DNA of 64,000 nucleotides from a virus (taxonomy: Duplodnaviria > Caudoviricetes): the IMG/VR virus record IMGVR_UViG_3300048502_000104, positions 805 through 64,804 of that record; one strand, 5' to 3'. Positions 22,711 through 31,346 of this stretch are shown here, one piece after another; position 1 is the stretch's first letter; each line of letters opens with the position of its first letter. A program made the position numbers and the translations under genes. The notes under the pieces are model-generated. The model was not told where the DNA came from. It made no database searches and was given only the letters and a program-made list of their open reading frames with translations.

Positions 22711-25269
22711 TCACCGACCCTCCGACACGCCGACTCGGGACGCCCCGCGCGCCAACGATGGCATGCCCTTCATGTAAAAATCCTCCCGCCGCTTCGATAT
22801 GTCGGTCTGGTGCGCCACCCCATCCGCCAGCTCGATCACCCGCGGGTTGACGTACCACTGGCTGGGCTGGCCGCGCCGCCACGCCCCCAGCTCCGTCTCG
22901 ACCGCCCCCCGCAGCACGCCGATATCGTGCAGGTACTGCAGCGCCGTCGCGCGCTCCCGCTCGTCGGCATCCCGGAACGCGAACGTGCCCTGGTACAGCG
23001 CCTGCCGCGACACGGTTCCCGCGACACTGCCCTGCGTGGCCGAACGAATCAGCACCCCGACCACTCCGCGGGCGATCCGCAGCGTCGTCGCCTGCTCCCC
23101 GCCGATCAGGTTGCGGTGCGTCGACGCCTCCCAGCGCATGAAGGCGATCGCGCGCTCCAGGGTGGCCAGCGGGATGGCCGGCTCGGCGGGTGGGAGTGTC
23201 ACGGCGAACGGGTCGTCCGCGTGCAGCCACGCGTGCTCGATCAGGTGGTAGCCGAGTGCCAGGCGCGCGGTGAGCGTCTCGCCCTTGAACAGGTGAAACT
23301 TCTCGAGAGCCTCGTGGCTGCCGCGCGCCAGGGTGGTCATCTCGGCCGTGAACTCGCTAAAGACACGCTGGGCCTCGGGCTCGAACGTGTAGGTGGCCGG
23401 CGGCAGGCTGTGCAGCAGCTTGCCGGCCCGCAGGTAGCGGGCAAGATCCGTCGCCGGATGAGATCGGCTGCGAGGGGGGAGCGCCCGAGTAGGGGAAGCA
23501 GGGAGGAGGTAAAAACGCGGGATGTAGCCGTCATCCTGCATCCGCCCTTCCGCCATGTGGCGCTTCAGCACATCGAGCTGGATGCCGCCCGCCGTGTCGA
23601 AGCCGCACTCCCTGATGTCCAGGAACCCCCGCACGACCCGCTCGACCTGCTTGTCGCCACCGGTCCACCCCGTCAGCTTGAACGTGCGCATCACGTCGCC
23701 CGAGCCCTTGGCCGTATACCGGCCCTCCATCGCCATGATCGACGACAGCTCGTCGACGAACCACACCACCTTCGAGGTGCACGCCGCCAGCCTGCGCTGC
23801 AGCACCTCCGTCGTCGTGTCATCCACGAGCGGTAGGTTGCGCTGCGGCTCCGGGTTGCCGAGCAACCACGCGGCCAGTGCCCCGCCGCTCAGTGCGGCCT
23901 TCTGCGCTTCCCACGCCGCATACGTCATGCGCCACCGCGCCAGCTCATCCCGGTTGATCTCTTTCAGCGGGGCGAACCCGGCCTGCCCGGCCGGCGTCTT
24001 GCCGGTCGACGGCTCCGCCACGCACGCCGACCAGTAGATCGGCTTCGTCACGTAACCCTGCCGGATCTCCAGGACGCTCGACAGCGGGATGCAGGCCAGC
24101 GCCCCAAACGTGAACGCCCACACCCCCAGGTTAGGGTCCAGGCCGTTGGCCCCCGCCCAGTCCCGGATCAACTGCCCAAGTGCCGCCGGCACCGCCCCCG
24201 CCGGCGCGTCCATGATGACCGTCTCCAGATTGAACACGTCCGTGACCGGCGGCACCGCGTCCTCCGCCCGCTCCGTCCAGTCCTGAAACGCCGTCGGCGG
24301 GCGCCACCCCGCCTGGCGGGCGAGATAGGCCAGCGTGCCGATCGTGTTCGCCCCGCCCGAGCGCTTGCCCAGGTACGGCCACACCCGCGCATCCAGGAAC
24401 GCCTCATCATGCTTCGGCGAGCGCGCCGACCACTCCACGAACACCGGGTGCCCGGCCTCATCCCCCAGCGCGTGGTGCACCGACGCCGCCACCGTGAACC
24501 ACCGGTCGTACGGCGTGTCCGCATCGTTCGGGATCGCCGCAAGCAGCGACCGCACGAGCGCCGGGTCCTCGCGCCCACCAGGCTTGGCGGGTTGCGGCGG
24601 CGAAGTGGGTACTAACTTCACCGCCTCGGGCAGGGTCGAGTCGGGAAGATTCGACCAGTAGTCCGCCGGCATCAGGGTCCAGTCTTCGGTGAGCTCCAGG
24701 AACACCGGATCCAGCCAGCCCGACCGCCCGGCCCCGGGCAGATAGCACATATTCCCAAAGGCGCCCTCCGCCAGCGCGTCCTGCTTCGGGAAAACCTCCA
24801 CCTGGCCGGCCAGCACCCCGCCCGTGCCGTCCTTGAACTTGCACTCGGTGAGCACCTGGCGCATCAGCTGCCGGACCCCTGCCGCCAGCGTGCCCGGCGC
24901 CCAGAAGATCCAGACATGCAGGCCGGCCCCGCCGCCGGAGCGCGTGCAGCGTGCCAGCACCCCGCGCGCGGCCAGCGCGTTGAGCAGCCGCCGCGCGACC
25001 TCGAGCATCCCCAGCCAGCTCATCTGCCCGTCGTGGCTGTCCAGGTCGAAGCACGAGACCCGGCAGCTCGAGTCCCCCGGCCGCAGGAAGTAGCCGCCGA
25101 CGCGCGCCGTGCGACCGAAATGCAGATCCCAGGGTGCGTCGAGTAGTGGCTTGAGGATGCCGCCGGTAGGGTGCGGATCCGACTCCAGGCGGTACGCGTA
25201 GCAGTCTTGCCGGAAGCGCTCGCGCAGCGGCAGGAAGGCTTGCTTCAATCCAGCGAGGTCAAGCGGCAC
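22711..25269 (-). CDS. Primase-helicase (AEP primase, PriCT-2-like, DUF3987-like P-loop); start uncertain
   Basis: CFDLDSHD, RSGGGAGLHVWIF, EVFPKQ, GNMCYLP; YDRWFTVAASVHH...FVEWSARSPKH; AEPSTGKT and FVDE. Confidence 0.8.
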   Translation of the reverse strand: MPLDLAGLKQAFLPLRERFRQDCYAYRLESDPHPTGGILKPLLDAPWDLHFGRTARVGGYFLRPGDSSCRVSCFDLDSHDGQMSWLGMLEVARRLLNALAARGVLARCTRSGGGAGLHVWIFWAPGTLAAGVRQLMRQVLTECKFKDGTGGVLAGQVEVFPKQDALAEGAFGNMCYLPGAGRSGWLDPVFLELTEDWTLMPADYWSNLPDSTLPEAVKLVPTSPPQPAKPGGREDPALVRSLLAAIPNDADTPYDRWFTVAASVHHALGDEAGHPVFVEWSARSPKHDEAFLDARVWPYLGKRSGGANTIGTLAYLARQAGWRPPTAFQDWTERAEDAVPPVTDVFNLETVIMDAPAGAVPAALGQLIRDWAGANGLDPNLGVWAFTFGALACIPLSSVLEIRQGYVTKPIYWSACVAEPSTGKTPAGQAGFAPLKEINRDELARWRMTYAAWEAQKAALSGGALAAWLLGNPEPQRNLPLVDDTTTEVLQRRLAACTSKVVWFVDELSSIMAMEGRYTAKGSGDVMRTFKLTGWTGGDKQVERVVRGFLDIRECGFDTAGGIQLDVLKRHMAEGRMQDDGYIPRFYLLPASPTRALPPRSRSHPATDLARYLRAGKLLHSLPPATYTFEPEAQRVFSEFTAEMTTLARGSHEALEKFHLFKGETLTARLALGYHLIEHAWLHADDPFAVTLPPAEPAIPLATLERAIAFMRWEASTHRNLIGGEQATTLRIARGVVGVLIRSATQGSVAGTVSRQALYQGTFAFRDADERERATALQYLHDIGVLRGAVETELGAWRRGQPSQWYVNPRVIELADGVAHQTDISKRREDFYMKGMPSLARGASRVGVSEGR

Positions 25270-25459
25270 GGTGGACCCCGCCGGATAGCGCGATGGCGTC
25301 ACGCGGCAGCTTGACCAATGGGGTCGCGGGATCCTCCCGCAGCCCTGCGTTACCAGACTCCATGTTGTGGGTACTCCTAGAGGAAGGGTGAGAAGCCGAT
25401 CTGTCGCCGGCTCAGCCAAGAGTTGATGCGGGGGACGCGATGCTACGCCTTGGGGGTGC

Positions 25460-25723
25460 TCATGGGCGCACCTCGGCTGCCTGGGCCAGCGGCTCACGCG
25501 ACCCGCCGCCCAGGTAGGGGCCAGGCATCGGCGCCCACGCGATCACCCGGCCGAACAGATCCTCGTTCGCCCACCCCGAGCCGCGTGCGGCGCGCGACCA
25601 GTGCGTCACGTCGACGTAGCGCCGCCCTGGGCGCACCACGATGTTGGATGGCGACTCGCGCGTGATAAGGTACACGCCGGCGCAGGGTGGCGCGTACAGG
25701 GCGTCCGTCCAGTCGGTATTCAT
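25460..25723 (-). CDS. DUF551-like small phage protein
   Basis: PPCAGVYL...VIAWAPMPGPY pattern. Confidence 0.5.
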   Translation of the reverse strand: MNTDWTDALYAPPCAGVYLITRESPSNIVVRPGRRYVDVTHWSRAARGSGWANEDLFGRVIAWAPMPGPYLGGGSREPLAQAAEVRP

Positions 25724-25848
25724 TGCAGGGCCACCCAGACCGCCAGCTTGGCTAGCACGACGCAGGCAAGGACCAGGGCAGACGCCCACGTCAGCAGGGC
25801 GAGTACCCTCACCACACCATTCAACGCCGCCTCGATTCTCCTCAACAT
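25720..25848 (-). CDS. Small single-TM protein (42 aa)
   Basis: MLRRIEAALNGVVRVLALLTWASALVLACVVLAKLAVWVALQ; GGAG RBS. Confidence 0.55.
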   Translation of the reverse strand: MLRRIEAALNGVVRVLALLTWASALVLACVVLAKLAVWVALQ

Positions 25849-25859
25849 CCGGTTCTCCC

Positions 25860-26003
25860 TCAGAGTACAAACAGGGCCGCCAGGCAGCCCGCGAACACGC
25901 ACAGGATCTCGCGCCCCGCCGGCGCACGCACCGCGCACGCGAGCGCCACCACCCCGCCCACCGTCAGCGACAGGCTCAACACCCACAGGACGGCGCGGAT
26001 CAT
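25860..26003 (-). CDS. Small 2-TM protein (47 aa)
   Basis: Hand translation MIRAVLWVLSLSLTVGGVVALACAVRAPAGREILCVFAGCLAALFVL; ATGA overlap. Confidence 0.55.
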   Translation of the reverse strand: MIRAVLWVLSLSLTVGGVVALACAVRAPAGREILCVFAGCLAALFVL

Positions 26004-26143
26004 CGCGACCCCGGGATCGTGGCGATCACCACCGCAAGGCCCAGCGCGCAGATCACCACGAGGCCGCCGCCCTTGCCACCACCGCCGGCCACCGTCAGGA
26101 AGGTCACCATCAGCAGCACGCCCAGCGCGATCATCGCCCTCAT
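26000..26143 (-). CDS. Small 2-TM protein (47 aa)
   Basis: Hand translation MRAMIALGVLLMVTFLTVAGGGGKGGGLVVICALGLAVVIATIPGSR; ATGA overlap. Confidence 0.55.
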   Translation of the reverse strand: MRAMIALGVLLMVTFLTVAGGGGKGGGLVVICALGLAVVIATIPGSR

Positions 26144-26430
26144 GGGAAGAACCTCAGCGGGGTCAAGACCAACTCTTCACCACCACGCTCGACGGCGTAG
26201 ACCGAGCACTTCGTCGCAACGAACACTTTCTCGCCGCAGGCGACCATCGCGACGACCTCCTCGCCGGGGGGCGGCTTCACGCTCGGCCCCTGGCGCTGGC
26301 CGGGGGGCACGTCCGCCCAGGACACGTAGCCCGGCGGCTCGTCACGGTGGTCGTAGTAGTGGCACGGCTCGCGAAGGTCCGACCAGCACAAGCACTGGCT
26401 CAGGCAGCGTTGACACGGTTTGGTTCTCAT
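26140..26430 (-). CDS. Cys-rich hypothetical protein
   Basis: MRTKPCQRCLSQCLC...PPGYVSW. Confidence 0.55.
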   Translation of the reverse strand: MRTKPCQRCLSQCLCWSDLREPCHYYDHRDEPPGYVSWADVPPGQRQGPSVKPPPGEEVVAMVACGEKVFVATKCSVYAVERGGEELVLTPLRFFP

Positions 26431-26621
26431 GCCGCCCCCGCGATCTGCTGAATCTGCTCGCCGGCGTAGACCACGCACACCAGGCTGCTCGTCAGCCCGA
26501 GCAGAGTGCTCGCCACCACGGCCTCGACAGGCGTGAACGCGCCCCGGTGGTACGCCAAGGCCGACCCGACCAACCCGGCGAGAATCAGCAGCTGCGCCCC
26601 GAAGAAGTCTTCGGTGGTCAT
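26427..26621 (-). CDS. Small 2-TM protein
   Basis: 64 aa, two hydrophobic segments. Confidence 0.55.
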   Translation of the reverse strand: MTTEDFFGAQLLILAGLVGSALAYHRGAFTPVEAVVASTLLGLTSSLVCVVYAGEQIQQIAGAA

Positions 26622-27007
26622 GGCTTGTCCTTCAGGGCGGCGTCGATCTTTTCAACCGCGTCGCATAGCTTGTCCTGGTCGCGGATCGATACCAGTAATA
26701 GCTTGTCCTGGTCGCGGATCGATACCAGTACCTCGCGCGCCATCAGCAGCAGCGCCTTGCACTCCGCGAGTTCGGCCTTGAGTTCGGTTCGTTGCCGGAG
26801 TAGGTCTTCTTCGGCTTCTGTGGCTGCGCGGATTGCAGGCATTTCCACGAACGTAGGATCGGTATATAGGGGTTCCCAGTCGGACGCATCTGGCAGCCCT
26901 TTTGGCGATTCCACGCGAAAGGCATACGAAATGCCGCCCATTATTGAGAGTGGCACACGATTGCGCCACGCTACTGCACCGGGCACTGTATGCGAGTCGT
27001 CGGTCAT
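26618..27007 (-). CDS. Hypothetical coiled-coil protein with 11-aa duplication
   Basis: 129 aa; 33-bp tandem duplication 26665-26730. Confidence 0.6.
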   Translation of the reverse strand: MTDDSHTVPGAVAWRNRVPLSIMGGISYAFRVESPKGLPDASDWEPLYTDPTFVEMPAIRAATEAEEDLLRQRTELKAELAECKALLLMAREVLVSIRDQDKLLLVSIRDQDKLCDAVEKIDAALKDKP

Positions 27008-27276
27008 TTGGTCGTCGCCTGCTCGTTCATGATCGGGCTGTAGCCGAGAAGCTTCTCAGCCATCACCCGCGCTTTGATGTTCAGCCGGAGGGCCTCGTCC
27101 TTGACCCGCAGCTCCCGCTCCAGCTCCGCCACCTTGGCGCGTAGCTCGATGACCGTCTCCGCGACGCGCGAGCACTGGGCGCTGCGCCACTGCACCTCCA
27201 GGTCGGCCTGCGCGATCACCTTCTTCGCGCCGTCGAGCAGGTCTTCGAATTTCGGCAATAGCTCGTTCGGGGTCAT
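27004..27276 (-). CDS. Coiled-coil hypothetical protein
   Basis: 90 aa, ATGA overlaps. Confidence 0.6.
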   Translation of the reverse strand: MTPNELLPKFEDLLDGAKKVIAQADLEVQWRSAQCSRVAETVIELRAKVAELERELRVKDEALRLNIKARVMAEKLLGYSPIMNEQATTK

Positions 27277-27530
27277 GGCCGCACCCTAACATCGCCATCG
27301 TTAGCGTGCGGGCGCCCGTCGCTCACCTCCACCTCGGGCTCCGGCCGGCAGTCCGAGATCGCGCGCAGCCCGTCGGGGTAACCCTCGCCGTCGAACGCCG
27401 CCGCCAGCGATCTCGCACGCTTCTCGCACGCCTCCAGCGTGTCGAACAGCTGCACACCGAACGTCGGCTGCGGGTGCTCCACCGGCGCCGGCCCGAGCCA
27501 GAACACCACCAGTATCCAGATCGTGCCCAT
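27273..27530 (-). CDS. Exported/membrane hypothetical protein
   Basis: MGTIWILVVFWLG...FDTLEACE...C pattern. Confidence 0.5.
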   Translation of the reverse strand: MGTIWILVVFWLGPAPVEHPQPTFGVQLFDTLEACEKRARSLAAAFDGEGYPDGLRAISDCRPEPEVEVSDGRPHANDGDVRVRP

Positions 27531-27772
27531 CAGTGGAACACCCGGCCGTCTTCGCACAGGACTGCGACACCCCCACTCTCCTCGGCGGCGATCTGCCGCA
27601 CCGCGCACCCGGCCGGAAGCTGGAGCGGGACCCAGTTGCCGACCAGCCGGTTGAGCCCCTGCCCGGGGGCGATCTTGTCGCACGACACGAGCGCGACGCA
27701 CGCCAGCACGGTCAGCACGCCGATCGCGCCCCACCCGAACGCCCCATTCACCACTCGATCACCTTGGATCAC
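27530..27772 (-). CDS. Membrane/lipoprotein-like small protein
   Basis: Hydrophobic stretch ending VALVSC; 80 aa. Confidence 0.5.
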   Translation of the reverse strand: MIQGDRVVNGAFGWGAIGVLTVLACVALVSCDKIAPGQGLNRLVGNWVPLQLPAGCAVRQIAAEESGGVAVLCEDGRVFH

Positions 27773-28245
27773 GTTGCACCTCCCTCAGTTGGTTGAATCT
27801 CCGCGACACTCCCTGCGCCACCCCGCCGCCTAATCCCGCTCGCCTGATTCCGCCGGGCCTGCAGGGTCGCCTGATAACGCGCACTGCGCTGGCCCACATA
27901 CTTCGTCCCCCTGTCGGCGATGTGCTGAATCGACTTTTCGTACGCTCGATGCGCGTACTCGGGCGCGAAACCGAGCCACGCATCGGGGGATCGTTCGGCC
28001 GCTGAGAAGGCGCGCGGGTTCGCCAGCCAGGCCAGCGCGGGGTACAGGAAGCGCGCGTCCGGATGGATCGTGAAGCCCCCGATCAGCTGGCGCGCCACCG
28101 AATAGTCCGTCCCGGTGTCGCGGCACAGCTGCGCCACATTCCAGCGCCGTGACGCCAGCAGCTCCCGCAACCGGTCCACGTCCCGGCGGTACTGCGGCTC
28201 CTTCCACAGGTTCTGCCGCGGGCGTAACTCTTCGCGCGGCGTCAT
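27769..28245 (-). CDS. Hypothetical protein (possible HTH)
   Basis: 158 aa; WNVAQLCRDTGTDYSVARQLIGG resembles an HTH. Confidence 0.5.
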   Translation of the reverse strand: MTPREELRPRQNLWKEPQYRRDVDRLRELLASRRWNVAQLCRDTGTDYSVARQLIGGFTIHPDARFLYPALAWLANPRAFSAAERSPDAWLGFAPEYAHRAYEKSIQHIADRGTKYVGQRSARYQATLQARRNQASGIRRRGGAGSVAEIQPTEGGAT

Positions 28246-28496
28246 CCGGCATCACTGGGGTCGAGGTGCGGCAGCGCGCGGTTCAGCTGCGCGCGCCGCA
28301 ACCGCTTCGAGCTCTTTATGGCCTGGCGCCGGCCCACCAGGCGGACCAGCGCACGGCGCGCTCGCTTCGCGTCCGACGCCTTGTGCAGCTGCAGGCCACC
28401 GTCCGGCAGCCCACGCATCTGTTCGGCGCGCTGGGCGACGAACGCGGCGCGCGCGGCCGCCACCATCGCGGCGGTCTCGGCAAAGGGGTTACGCAT
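28242..28496 (-). CDS. Basic Arg/Ala-rich protein
   Basis: Start MRNPFAETAA; overlaps neighbours. Confidence 0.5.
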   Translation of the reverse strand: MRNPFAETAAMVAAARAAFVAQRAEQMRGLPDGGLQLHKASDAKRARRALVRLVGRRQAIKSSKRLRRAQLNRALPHLDPSDAG

Positions 28497-28645
28497 CAGG
28501 ACCCCAGGCGGTACTGGCAGACGAGCTCGATCGCCGTGGAGCACAGCCACGCCGCCGACAAGATCGTGCCGGAGCGGCTCTCGCTGAACAGACCCAGCGT
28601 GAACCAGACCAGCAGGCCCCACAGGAACACGAGGTGGCCGCCCAT
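28496..28645 (-). CDS. Small 2-TM protein (49 aa)
   Basis: MGGHLVFLWGLLVWFTLGLF...ILSAAWLCSTAIELVC. Confidence 0.5.
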   Translation of the reverse strand: MGGHLVFLWGLLVWFTLGLFSESRSGTILSAAWLCSTAIELVCQYRLGS

Positions 28646-28646
28646 C

Positions 28647-28988
28647 TCAGGGCCGCCACACGACGTTGTGCAGCGGGTGGGTCGGCACATCCGGGCACGT
28701 CGGCTTGCTGGTGCGGTCGAACAGCCCATCGGTGTTGTGACGGTGCGCGAGCAGTCCCTCGACCTTGGCCTCGAGGCAGTCCAGCTTGTTGCGCACGTCC
28801 AGCACGAACCGCCCCAGGAACGCGAGTTGCTGCGCCGGGTCGGCGGTCTCCCAGGACACGTAGCCCGGCGGCACGTCCGGGTCGTCGTAGACGCCACCGA
28901 GCATCTGGCCGACACCGGTCGTCGGGCGGTGGATCGACTTGATTGCCTCCGCGCCCGTCGCGGCGAACGAAATGGGGTTGTGGCTCAT
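28647..28988 (-). CDS. Hypothetical protein
   Basis: Start MSHNPISF, AAGGA RBS; contains PPGYVSW. Confidence 0.55.
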   Translation of the reverse strand: MSHNPISFAATGAEAIKSIHRPTTGVGQMLGGVYDDPDVPPGYVSWETADPAQQLAFLGRFVLDVRNKLDCLEAKVEGLLAHRHNTDGLFDRTSKPTCPDVPTHPLHNVVWRP

Positions 28989-29233
28989 CGTAGAATTCCT
29001 TTCCGTGGGACAGGTGGTTTGAAGACGTCCGGGCGCAGCTGCGCCTCGGTGTAATAGGCGCCGCGCCGGCGCGCCTCGACGACCAGGTCCACCACGCGGT
29101 CGGCCGGCGGCTTGCCCGCCTTGCACCACTGGTTGACGGCCTGCGCCGTGACCCCCAGGAACCGGGCCACCGCCGCCTGGCCACCCAGGTCGGCGATCAG
29201 CAACGCGAACACTTCGGCGGGTGTCGTGTCCAT
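28985..29233 (-). CDS. Cro-like HTH transcriptional regulator (YdaS-like)
   Basis: LGGQAAVARFLGVTAQAVNQW...PPADRV...LRPDVF. Confidence 0.8.
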   Translation of the reverse strand: MDTTPAEVFALLIADLGGQAAVARFLGVTAQAVNQWCKAGKPPADRVVDLVVEARRRGAYYTEAQLRPDVFKPPVPRKGILR

Positions 29234-29754
29234 CAGAAGCTCGGCTCGACACCGGTGAAGGTCGTCGGCAGATCGTTCAGCTCGGGCGGCAACAGCCCCG
29301 CCTCGATCCGGGTCTTGATCTCGATCAGGCTGGCAATGTTCCAGATGGCCGCATCCAGGTGCGGCTCGTCGGTGTAGCCGGCCAGCACTTTGAGAAGGTG
29401 ACGCAGCGCGCTGTTGGCGAAAACAGACAGCGGCATCCCCTTTTCGAAGTTGCGGTCGCCATATTTCTTGGCACCCCGCTCCAGCTGCCGCGCGAGCGCT
29501 AGGATCCCGTGAACCTGTAATAGATCGAAGCGGCCCTTGTCGTTCGGCGCATCGCGCACCGCCCCCGTAGCGAACTCCCGGCGCGCACCGCTGTCCTTCA
29601 GGACACCCGGGCCGACGATGTTCCGGATGGCCGCGTCCGGGTCGACCCACAGGAACGCGCGGTCGTACTCGGGCAGCTGGGCCGCAGACGGCGTAGGTGA
29701 GCGCTTGCTCACCTTCGGATTGGTGGCCTTGCGGATCGGTTTGGCTCGCGGCAT
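29233..29754 (-). CDS. dATP/dGTP diphosphohydrolase domain protein (DUF5664)
   Basis: FATGAVRD...KGRFDLL...GAKKYGDRNFEKG...SALRHL...HLDAAIWN. Confidence 0.8.
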   Translation of the reverse strand: MPRAKPIRKATNPKVSKRSPTPSAAQLPEYDRAFLWVDPDAAIRNIVGPGVLKDSGARREFATGAVRDAPNDKGRFDLLQVHGILALARQLERGAKKYGDRNFEKGMPLSVFANSALRHLLKVLAGYTDEPHLDAAIWNIASLIEIKTRIEAGLLPPELNDLPTTFTGVEPSF

Positions 29755-29809
29755 GTGGGTCCTCCGGTGGGTCTAACGGGTGCCATGATGCCGCGATCAA
29801 TGCGATAAA

Positions 29810-29850
29810 TCAAGCAGTGCTTGACAGATCAACTACCACATCGCTACAGT
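29810..29850 (+). promoter_or_regulatory. Sigma70-like rightward promoter with overlapping palindrome
   Basis: TTGACA(29821)-N18-TACAGT(29845); TCAAGCA-G-TGCTTGA (29810-29824) overlaps the -35; at a divergence point. Confidence 0.65.
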
Positions 29851-29879
29851 TCGTCCTGCCCGAACCACCGGAGGACCCC

Positions 29880-30386
29880 GTGACGATCGAGATCAACATC
29901 AAGCTGGAGAAGACCACCCCAGTGGCCGCCATCACCCTGGCGTCCGAATTCCTGACCGCCTTCCACGCCGCCTGCGGCGAGGCCGCTGTGACCGCGAGCG
30001 CGACCTTCGGCGAGCCGCCGAAGCCGCGCGGCCGGCCGGCCAAGGCGGCGACCGAAACCGCCGGCGCGGCCTCCTCACCCACCACCACCTCCGGGCCTGT
30101 TCAGACACAAGCTGCCACGGCGCTGGACACCACGGTGAGCGCTGCGCCGGCGGCCCCGCCTCCACCGAGCTACTACACCGACGAGCAGCTGCGCGCGTTC
30201 CTGGCGCCGCACCTCGACACCTACCGCGCGCAGCTGTCGCAGCTGATCGTCGGGCTGAACGTCAAGGCCCTGTCCGAGATCCCGGGGCCGGCGCGCGCGA
30301 AGTTCGTCGAGGACGCGGGCAAGGTGGTGGGTGTGTCGTTGGTTCCGACCGGCGCCCCGTCAATTCCGACCGCGGTGGGGTTCTGA
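29880..30386 (+). CDS. Hypothetical protein (Ala/Pro/Thr linker, helical C-domain)
   Basis: GTG start with GGAGG RBS; architecture typical of genes upstream of DUF2800. Confidence 0.6.
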   Translation: MTIEINIKLEKTTPVAAITLASEFLTAFHAACGEAAVTASATFGEPPKPRGRPAKAATETAGAASSPTTTSGPVQTQAATALDTTVSAAPAAPPPPSYYTDEQLRAFLAPHLDTYRAQLSQLIVGLNVKALSEIPGPARAKFVEDAGKVVGVSLVPTGAPSIPTAVGF

Positions 30387-30880
30387 TGCGCACCCTGCAC
30401 GAGATCGCGTGCGGGGACGGCGCCCTGGGGATGCACGAGCCGGCCGCCCCCCTCCACTTCCCTGGTTTCCCGGAAGGCTATCTGGGCGACGTGCCCCCGG
30501 AAGAGGGGCCGCCGCCCCCACCCGCCACGCCGGCGCTGGGCGACGGCTCGGGCATCCCGCAGTACGAGCCGAACCGGGTCAACATCCTGCAGCTGACGAT
30601 CATCCACAACGTGGACCGCGGTACGCTGGCGCTGACCTGCACGACTCCGTACATCGAGGCGACCGAGCCCGCTCACGCGTTCGCCACCCAGCGGCTGTAC
30701 CAGTACCTGGCCGCCGAGTTCGAGCGCGTGACGGCCCCCGCCGGGGACGGCGCGATGCCGATCTACGGCGAGTTCCTGGACCCGAAGCCCGAGCCCACGC
30801 CGCACGTCGCCCGGCCCGTCGACATCGCGTCGCGGCCCCTGGTCGACGGCTACGGCAACCCGCTGGACAGCATCAATTGA
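30386..30880 (+). CDS. Hypothetical protein
   Basis: 164 aa, TGATG overlap. Confidence 0.55.
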   Translation: MRTLHEIACGDGALGMHEPAAPLHFPGFPEGYLGDVPPEEGPPPPPATPALGDGSGIPQYEPNRVNILQLTIIHNVDRGTLALTCTTPYIEATEPAHAFATQRLYQYLAAEFERVTAPAGDGAMPIYGEFLDPKPEPTPHVARPVDIASRPLVDGYGNPLDSIN

Positions 30881-31221
30881 TCAAGACTTCGGCCTACCGG
30901 CTGCCCGCACTGGTCGAGCGCTTGCACGAGCTCGGATCCGACTACGCGGGCGGCTGGGTGCCTCACGAGGGCCCTTACGCGGGGGTCTGCCCGATTTGCC
31001 TGTTCGAGCGCGCCTACTGCGGCGTGCGCGAGCCCGTAACCGCCCTCCAGCTGGAGCTGCAGTGGTACCTGGTCGCCGACCTCGTCGACCACGGTGACAT
31101 GCCGCCCCCGCTGGCGCAAGCCAGGGAGAACGACCGATGGCGATCCACAGCCCCCGACCCACGCCCGCGCCGGCGTCGTACACCGACTCGTTCCGCCTCG
31201 ACTGGGTTGAACGCAACATGA
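30877..31221 (+). CDS. Hypothetical protein
   Basis: TTG start overlapping upstream stop; CPIC motif. Confidence 0.4.
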   Translation: MIKTSAYRLPALVERLHELGSDYAGGWVPHEGPYAGVCPICLFERAYCGVREPVTALQLELQWYLVADLVDHGDMPPPLAQARENDRWRSTAPDPRPRRRRTPTRSASTGLNAT

Positions 31222-31346
31222 TGGAGTGCTGGACCGACCTGTGCGGCAACCGCTGGAGCCACATCCACATCGATGTGGTGCCCGGCCAGTCGCTGCGCAA
31301 CGCGATCGATGCCGCCATCGACCATCGGAGTCCGTTCCGTGGATAG
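31137..31346 (+). CDS. Small phage protein
   Basis: RLDWVE...SLRNAIDAAID pattern; GGGAG RBS. Confidence 0.6.
   Translation: MAIHSPRPTPAPASYTDSFRLDWVERNMMECWTDLCGNRWSHIHIDVVPGQSLRNAIDAAIDHRSPFRG

Noticed and set aside
29233-29754. Evidence for a 2-aminoadenine (Z) genome
   Set aside because: No PurZ or DatZ-like HD protein recognised; DUF5664 alone is insufficient.
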